DNA from: an uncultured virus (IMG/VR IMGVR_UViG_3300045927_000049)
Taxonomy: Duplodnaviria; Heunggongvirae; Uroviricota; Caudoviricetes
IMG/VR virus record: IMGVR_UViG_3300045927_000049
DNA: 20,000 nt
Reading direction: 5' to 3' (one strand)
The notes under the pieces were generated by a model. It made no database searches. It saw only the letters and a program-made list of their open reading frames with translations, and was not told where the DNA came from. The translations under genes and the position numbers were made by a program. Below are positions 14,699 through 20,000 of the stretch, one piece after another. Each line of letters opens with the position of its first letter. Within the stretch, counting starts at the first letter, position 1.

Positions 14699-16392
14699 CA
14701 GTCAGCCACATCCACGTCTTCGTCTCCTGCCGCAACGATTTCGCCACGGAGCAGGCTCTCCTGCATGGCAGCGAGCGTCTGCTTGTAGAGTTTTGCCTTG
14801 CGTTCTACTTCGACTGGATCGGCAGTGGCGTCATCGGCTGACGGCTCAAGCGGCTTCAAGGCTTTGGTGAAGTAGTTCCTGATGTCCTCGTGGGACAGCT
14901 TCAGTCCCTCTTTCTTCGTCTCCTGTTGCAGCTTGTAGCTTTCCCACTCGCGCTTGTTCCTTTCGGTGAACAGGGTCCGCTGATCCTCGCGTGCCTGTGC
15001 TTCCGCATCTGTGTACATCTTCAGTGCCGCCTGCCTGCGGGCGGTGTCGTAGGTCATCTGCGCTTCCATCTGCTTGCCGTAGCGGTCGGCACTGTCCTGA
15101 AGCGCCTGCTGATATTTCTGGAAACCCTTGTCGTAAGTTCCGGCGGCACTCTCAAAGCCTGCACCCAGACCTTCCCACATCGTCCCGGCACCTTTGACCA
15201 TTCCGGCTGCGAGAGACAGTTGTGCCAGCATGGCAGTGCGGTCGAGATCGCGCCGCGCATTGGCATCGGCTTCCGCCTGCTTGGGATTGGTGAAGTCGAG
15301 ATCGGGATATGCCTGCTTCATCTTCTCGATGTAGGCGTCCAGCGACAGTGCCCCGGTCGCTGTCTCTGTCGTGGTGCCGGGAAGTCCTGCCGCACCGGTA
15401 AGTTCTGTTGCATCAATCTTCGGTGCTTCGACAGCGGTTCCCGGTACGACGGCTGGCTGCTCTGCTGGCTTGTTGGGATCGGGAGGAAGCACCAAGTCTT
15501 CCGGCCTGAAGCGTGTCGCTCTGTCTTCTGCGAACTTGGTGTCCGGAGTAGGCGGCGGCATCGGCGGTCCCTGTTCGGGTGCGTTCAGCCAGCGGTTATG
15601 GGCACGCATCCGCTGGAGTTCCCGCGCATCCTCCTCTTCCGGGGTCAGCGGCGGCAGTTCGCCGGTCCTTGGGTTTCTCCCCTTCTTGGTCAGGAACTTG
15701 ACGATGGAACTTTCAGATGGATCGTTGGGGTTCCTGTCAGGGACGACCAGCGGTTCACCGATGACATTCGGTTCAGCAATGATGCCGGTGGTGTAGGCAC
15801 GGGGATCGGTTCTCTCTTCTCCCGGTCTGTAGCGGGTTGCCCTGTCCTCTGCCAGAACCACTTCCGGTGCAGGCTGGAAGCGGGTCAGCCTGTCCTCCAG
15901 CAACGGCACATCGTCATAGCCCTTGGAGATCAGGGTCGCTGCCGTGTCCTCTGCTACCGGTGGAGGTTCGAAGCGTGTCGCCCTGTCTTCTGCGAAGACG
16001 ATGGGTGCCGCGTCTGGGCGTAGGTTAAGACCAGTCTCAAGAAGTCGAGTTCTTGTTGCACGGTCCTCCAGAAATTCCGGAGCCGACATGACATATTCAT
16101 CGTCCTTCTGCCGGTCGGTGTCTGGGTAGAGCGCAATGGCAGGATCACTTGGGTAACCCATCGCCGTGTTGAGATCGACCGGTGTCCCAACAATCGGGTT
16201 TGGCGGATGGACAATCCGTACCGGTGGAGCAGCGACCGCTGCGGCAGGACGCAAGTTCAGTCCCGTCTCCAGTACGATGGGCGTGCGTGAGCGGGAGGCT
16301 TTCTTCTGTGCCGAACGGTCGAAAGCTTTGACGGCTGACCGGTAGAGAGAACGGATACCCCTGTCGATCAGCGGAAGATCAGGCGAGGCCAT
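14698..16392 (-). CDS. Putative ejection/internal virion protein with Pro-rich EDRATR repeats (564 aa)
   Basis: AAGGAGAG RBS before ATG 16392. TGATG coupling to the giant gene. Amphipathic LAQLSLAAGMVKG segment followed by coiled coil. Confidence 0.75.
   Translation of the reverse strand: MASPDLPLIDRGIRSLYRSAVKAFDRSAQKKASRSRTPIVLETGLNLRPAAAVAAPPVRIVHPPNPIVGTPVDLNTAMGYPSDPAIALYPDTDRQKDDEYVMSAPEFLEDRATRTRLLETGLNLRPDAAPIVFAEDRATRFEPPPVAEDTAATLISKGYDDVPLLEDRLTRFQPAPEVVLAEDRATRYRPGEERTDPRAYTTGIIAEPNVIGEPLVVPDRNPNDPSESSIVKFLTKKGRNPRTGELPPLTPEEEDARELQRMRAHNRWLNAPEQGPPMPPPTPDTKFAEDRATRFRPEDLVLPPDPNKPAEQPAVVPGTAVEAPKIDATELTGAAGLPGTTTETATGALSLDAYIEKMKQAYPDLDFTNPKQAEADANARRDLDRTAMLAQLSLAAGMVKGAGTMWEGLGAGFESAAGTYDKGFQKYQQALQDSADRYGKQMEAQMTYDTARRQAALKMYTDAEAQAREDQRTLFTERNKREWESYKLQQETKKEGLKLSHEDIRNYFTKALKPLEPSADDATADPVEVERKAKLYKQTLAAMQESLLRGEIVAAGDEDVDVAD
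15508..16272 (-). repeat. Dispersed peptide repeats (A/L)EDR(A/L)TR x5 and LETGLNLRP x2
   Basis: LEDRATRT, AEDRATRF, LEDRLTRF, AEDRATRY and AEDRATRF, plus degenerate AEDTAAT. LETGLNLRP occurs at about 16246-16272 and 16018-16044. Confidence 0.85.
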
Positions 16393-17989
16393 AGGCTCTC
16401 CTTTGCATAAAGAAGGGGTTCTGCATGAACTGCCGTGCATCGACAGGCCGCGCCACTGGTTGCGCCACTGGAGCCGGTGCCGGTGCAGCCGGTTGCTGTT
16501 GTTGTGCAAACAGTTGCTGCATCAGGAAATACTGGCTCATCGGGTCGCCTTCTGCCGCACCTTCGGCAGAAGCCATCTTGCCTGCGGTATCCGCTGCCTG
16601 CGTGGCGACAGCATTGGAAGCCTGCGCGGTTCCCGCTGCCGCCGCTGCGGTCGGATTGTTGAGCGCCGTCTGGTAAGCGGAGACAAAGCGGTCGGTGCCA
16701 ATGCCCTGTTCGATGCCGCCGGGAAGCGAGGTCCATGTCTTGTTCAGTGCCTGACCGACACCGGCAAGAGCGGTCGGGTCACCGGACTGAAGCACTGCGT
16801 CGAGGTCGCCACCGGTCGCCGCCTTGTACTGTTCCTTTGCCAGATAGTAAGCACCAAGGTCTTGGTTCTGCGGCGAGAAGTCAGCGAGGTTGTACCTCTG
16901 GGAGATGTCATCCCACGTCGAACCGAGGAACTGGTAGCGGCCTGCGGCACTGGAAGTGTCTCCGGCATTCGGCCCCGTCCTGATTGGGATCGCTACGCCG
17001 GGATGCCGTGTGTAGTCATCGAAGGTCTGTCCGCCATAGATGACGTTGTACTTCCCGGCGCTCTCCGGTCCCGCAATCGTATCCAAGAGAGCGCGGGCCT
17101 GCGGACTGAGGGCTGAGACGACCTGTCCGCCGCCACCGGTATACATCAGCGGCAGTTCACCGCGCAGTCCGGCTTCGATTGCCGCCTGTTGTGCTGTGGT
17201 GTATTGCCCGCCCTGATCGGCATAGTTCCAACTCATGCCGCCACCGGCAGGCGGGGTTGCCCATTCGTCCAGATGGATGCCGCCGCCATGCATCTCCATG
17301 CCAACGCCGCCATACTTCTTCGCCGCCCAATACTGACCGAGCGGAGCCAGTGCATCGCCGCTTAACCGGTTACCCTCTGGGTCGATGACATAGACATCGG
17401 CGGCGCGTCCCTCGTTGTGACGCACGGAGCCGGTTCGCCTTTCACCGGATTGTCCGCCGCTGTAGACCCCCAGCCTGTAGCCGGGACCATAGACGTTGCT
17501 GACCGCATCACCGAGATAGCCATACAACTGTTCGGTAAGCTGCTGATTTCGGATGGCGTCTTGGTTCATGTAGAAGACGGGACCACCACGGGCCAAGCCA
17601 ACGACGCCACCATTATGATACCCTTGCGGTGCTTGCGCCTGCGGCATTGAAGCAAGGCCGCTGGGTGCCGGAGGTGGCAGACCAGCGATACCACCACCGG
17701 GTTGGGATTGTGGAGGGAGCACTCCCGGTGGCGGCATCGCCTGCGGTGTGGCCGGTTGGGACAAGCCAGCACCCGCATAGATGTTCTGGATGTTGCCTGC
17801 ATACTCTTCCGCCATCGACGGACGCTTGTTCTGGTTGCTGCCGGTGGTTGCCCGTATCCTCTTGCGCTCATGGATTTCCCCAAGCGCCAGCCAGCCGGGG
17901 ATCGAACCGGAGGGAGAAGAGATTTCTTTCTGGAGGATATGATCGGGAAGGCTTTTGATTTCGGAGAAAGCCTGCGCCAGATCGGCCAT
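16379..17989 (-). CDS. Virion-associated peptidoglycan hydrolase: M15-like peptidase + lambda-R-type (GH104) lysozyme
   Basis: GSVRHNEGRAAD...GIHLD (H-x6-D...H zinc site), then ALLDTIAGPES, SSAAGRYQFL..TW, DFSPQNQD and TWTSLPGG. Confidence 0.85.
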   Translation of the reverse strand: MADLAQAFSEIKSLPDHILQKEISSPSGSIPGWLALGEIHERKRIRATTGSNQNKRPSMAEEYAGNIQNIYAGAGLSQPATPQAMPPPGVLPPQSQPGGGIAGLPPPAPSGLASMPQAQAPQGYHNGGVVGLARGGPVFYMNQDAIRNQQLTEQLYGYLGDAVSNVYGPGYRLGVYSGGQSGERRTGSVRHNEGRAADVYVIDPEGNRLSGDALAPLGQYWAAKKYGGVGMEMHGGGIHLDEWATPPAGGGMSWNYADQGGQYTTAQQAAIEAGLRGELPLMYTGGGGQVVSALSPQARALLDTIAGPESAGKYNVIYGGQTFDDYTRHPGVAIPIRTGPNAGDTSSAAGRYQFLGSTWDDISQRYNLADFSPQNQDLGAYYLAKEQYKAATGGDLDAVLQSGDPTALAGVGQALNKTWTSLPGGIEQGIGTDRFVSAYQTALNNPTAAAAAGTAQASNAVATQAADTAGKMASAEGAAEGDPMSQYFLMQQLFAQQQQPAAPAPAPVAQPVARPVDARQFMQNPFFMQRRAYGLA

Positions 17990-19155
17990 TAGCTGCTTGT
18001 CCCTCTGCCGAGGTTATAGAGCGCCTGAAGACCCATCGCCGTGCCAGCCATTCCGGCGATGTTGTTCTGCGGCGAACTGGTGGTGATCGACTGGTTGGTT
18101 CCCATTGGTTGGCTGGCCAGCATGCTGGAGACAAAGGACAGGTTCTGGCGTGGCCAGTTCACTTGGTTCTGGAAATCCTCATAGGCCAGATCAAGCGCCC
18201 GTTGCTGTCGGTCCTCCTGCATCTGGCCGATACCGAGCATGGTCTGGAACCGCTGCATCTGCATGCTGTCCGACAGTTTCTGGAAGTCGGCCATCTGGCT
18301 GGCGGTGTTCCCGGCAAGCTGTAGTCCCTGCAATCCCAACTGCTTGCCAGCCTGACGCAACTGTTCCGTCTGGCTCTGTGCCTGCATACCGAGTTCCGAT
18401 GCCGCCCGCCTGCCCTCCTCGCCTTGGGCATAACCGAACTGGCGGGAACTCTCGCCCATGCCAAGGGCTTCCAAGTTCTTGGCCTGATTGGCAAGCTGCG
18501 CCTGAAGGCCACGCCCTTGGTCCCGCTCAAACTGTTGCTGGGCATTCTCGAATGCCGCCTGTCGTCCCTGCACACCGATGTCACTGATGCGCTGTTGCGC
18601 GGCGTTTGCAGCCATCTGTTGCTGGACTGCGGCGCGTGACCCTCCGAAACCACCCGTCAGCCCCTGTTGGGACCGAAGCATGGTCATCTCTTCCATGGCC
18701 TTTTCTTGGGCGTCCCGCTGCGCAGCCGCCGTCACCGCGTCCATGTAGGGCGACATGTACCTGTCGCGAGCCGCCGCATCGAACTCTCCGGTTCGCACCT
18801 GATCGGCAGTGAACTGTCCGGCCTGCCAGTCGGCTGGTCCCATATAGGTGTTGTTGACCCCGCCAGCCTGATAGTTCTGAAGATCGACCGCACCTTGCGC
18901 CACGGTATTGGCGAGGCTTCTGGCGTTGTCGAGATCGCCCGCACCGGACGTGGCGAACTGTTGCGCCATGTTCATGCCAGCCGTGGTCTGCGCCGTCTGG
19001 TCCGCGATCCGCTGCCCTTCATAGGTCTGGTAGGGGCGCTGGCTTTCCGCCTGCGCCCGGTCCATCAGGCTGTGATAGTACGGCTCTGCGTATTTCGGCA
19101 GGGTGGACTGATAGACCTGTGAGGTCGAACTCTGCTTGCCGCCACCTTTACCCAT
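17989..19155 (-). CDS. DNA ejection/pilot protein
   Basis: GGG-S/T-rich N-terminus, LPKYAEPYY, PYQTYEGQRIA, YMSPY, GGFGGSR, Q/A-rich coiled coil, and a Gly-rich hydrophobic C-terminus typical of podoviral ejection proteins. Confidence 0.75.
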   Translation of the reverse strand: MGKGGGKQSSTSQVYQSTLPKYAEPYYHSLMDRAQAESQRPYQTYEGQRIADQTAQTTAGMNMAQQFATSGAGDLDNARSLANTVAQGAVDLQNYQAGGVNNTYMGPADWQAGQFTADQVRTGEFDAAARDRYMSPYMDAVTAAAQRDAQEKAMEEMTMLRSQQGLTGGFGGSRAAVQQQMAANAAQQRISDIGVQGRQAAFENAQQQFERDQGRGLQAQLANQAKNLEALGMGESSRQFGYAQGEEGRRAASELGMQAQSQTEQLRQAGKQLGLQGLQLAGNTASQMADFQKLSDSMQMQRFQTMLGIGQMQEDRQQRALDLAYEDFQNQVNWPRQNLSFVSSMLASQPMGTNQSITTSSPQNNIAGMAGTAMGLQALYNLGRGTSS

Positions 19156-19585
19156 CGGTCTTTTCCTTTATGTCGTACTCCATCAGGATGCCCATGCGCT
19201 TGCCGCCCCACTTGTCCACGTAGGCAGCGGTGCCGGGGCGAGCGACCATCTCCATGGATGTGCAGCCCTGATCTCTGGCGTAGTCCACGATGGCGTTCCA
19301 CATGTCATCGAACCACTCTTCGCGGTTCTTGCCCGCGATGTAGTCGATGCGTCCGCACTTCATGCCGCTGGGATATTCGGTGATGACGAACACCAGCGAG
19401 CCGATGATCTCCTTGTCATGAAGCGCCAGCCACAGGGACGCCACGCCCTCAAGCAGCGATGTCAGGATATCGACATTGTGGAAGCGGCCATGCGTTCGCT
19501 TGATCGCCTTGTCCATGTCGGGACTGATCGACAGCCAGACGTTGGAGATGTGCTCACGCGGGACTGCGGTAATCATCGAACTCAT
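19148..19585 (-). CDS. GNAT-like small virion assembly protein
   Basis: LWLA...IIGSLVFVITEYP...IDYIAG...YARDQGCTSMEMVARPG pattern. Typical position just upstream of podoviral ejection genes. Confidence 0.7.
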   Translation of the reverse strand: MSSMITAVPREHISNVWLSISPDMDKAIKRTHGRFHNVDILTSLLEGVASLWLALHDKEIIGSLVFVITEYPSGMKCGRIDYIAGKNREEWFDDMWNAIVDYARDQGCTSMEMVARPGTAAYVDKWGGKRMGILMEYDIKEKTDG

Positions 19586-20000
19586 CCCCGCTGTCCTCCT
19601 GCCTTCGGACCACCGGCATACAGACCGGAGCCACCCTTGTTCATCATCTGCATGCGTTGCAGATCGGTCGGCCTGTAGTTCGGGTCTTTCGCGTATTTCT
19701 GCTGGAGGTATTTCTGTCCGCCAGCACCCATGCCGCCGATGAACATGTCGAACTTGCTGATGCCCTTGTTCTTGGTTGAGGTGTCTTCCACCTTGGCTGG
19801 CGGTTGCCAGATCGTTTGTTTCGGACCCGCAACAAATTTCTCCGGCGTCTTGATCTCACTCATGTTGATGCCGCTGAACATGCTGCCGGTGTTGCCGGTG
19901 GTTGCTGCTGCGCCGGGTTTCCAAGAAACCGTTGCTGCCGGTGTCGCTGCGACAGGTGCCGGAGCAACAGGTGCCGGAGCCACTGGAGCCGGAGCGGCTG
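19582..20000 (-). CDS. Hypothetical virion-region protein, 5' part outside the window
   Basis: Frame stays open to the window edge (AAPAPVAPAPVAPAPVAATP, imperfect 15-nt repeats). ATGA coupling to the next gene. Confidence 0.65.
   Translation of the reverse strand, partial: AAPAPVAPAPVAPAPVAATPAATVSWKPGAAATTGNTGSMFSGINMSEIKTPEKFVAGPKQTIWQPPAKVEDTSTKNKGISKFDMFIGGMGAGGQKYLQQKYAKDPNYRPTDLQRMQMMNKGGSGLYAGGPKAGGQRG

Noticed and set aside
1159..16023. Long antisense ORFs (1159..2163, 5124..6074, 7541..8827, 9185..10456, 13595..14461, 14890..16023)
   Set aside because: They mirror well-supported genes on the other strand, as expected from high-GC codon bias, and have no motifs of their own.
19954..20000. 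15-nt imperfect tandem repeats
   Set aside because: They encode an ordinary APAPV linker within a CDS, not a DNA-level array.

Overview
About 20 kb of a tailed dsDNA phage or prophage, GC-rich and probably podovirus-like. An alphaproteobacterial host is inferred from the HTH and integrase sequence types. Left end (1-500): no credible CDS, but a leftward TTGACA promoter followed by about 340 nt of dense stem-loops, a G6-TA-G7 tract and a strongly strand-skewed G/A-rich tail. This is a candidate structured ncRNA and/or RNA-primed origin, and it is the least explained and most interesting part of the window. 506-1130 (-): RusA-like resolvase and a gene overlapping its 3' end. 1225-6924 (+): early operon with a Cas4-like PD-(D/E)XK nuclease, Sak/Rad52-like annealase, SSB-like protein, DUF968/HNH-like protein, hypotheticals, a tyrosine recombinase with no arm-binding domain, and an XRE-type HTH protein. 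6974-20000 (-): ejection (internal virion) cluster with a GNAT-like protein, pilot protein, M15-peptidase + lambda-R-type lysozyme fusion, a protein with EDRATR repeats, and a 2574-aa polyvalent protein (ART-like, FtsK-gamma-like, zincin, EExQSD and LPD38-like domains). All family calls come from motif recognition by eye; no searches were run.
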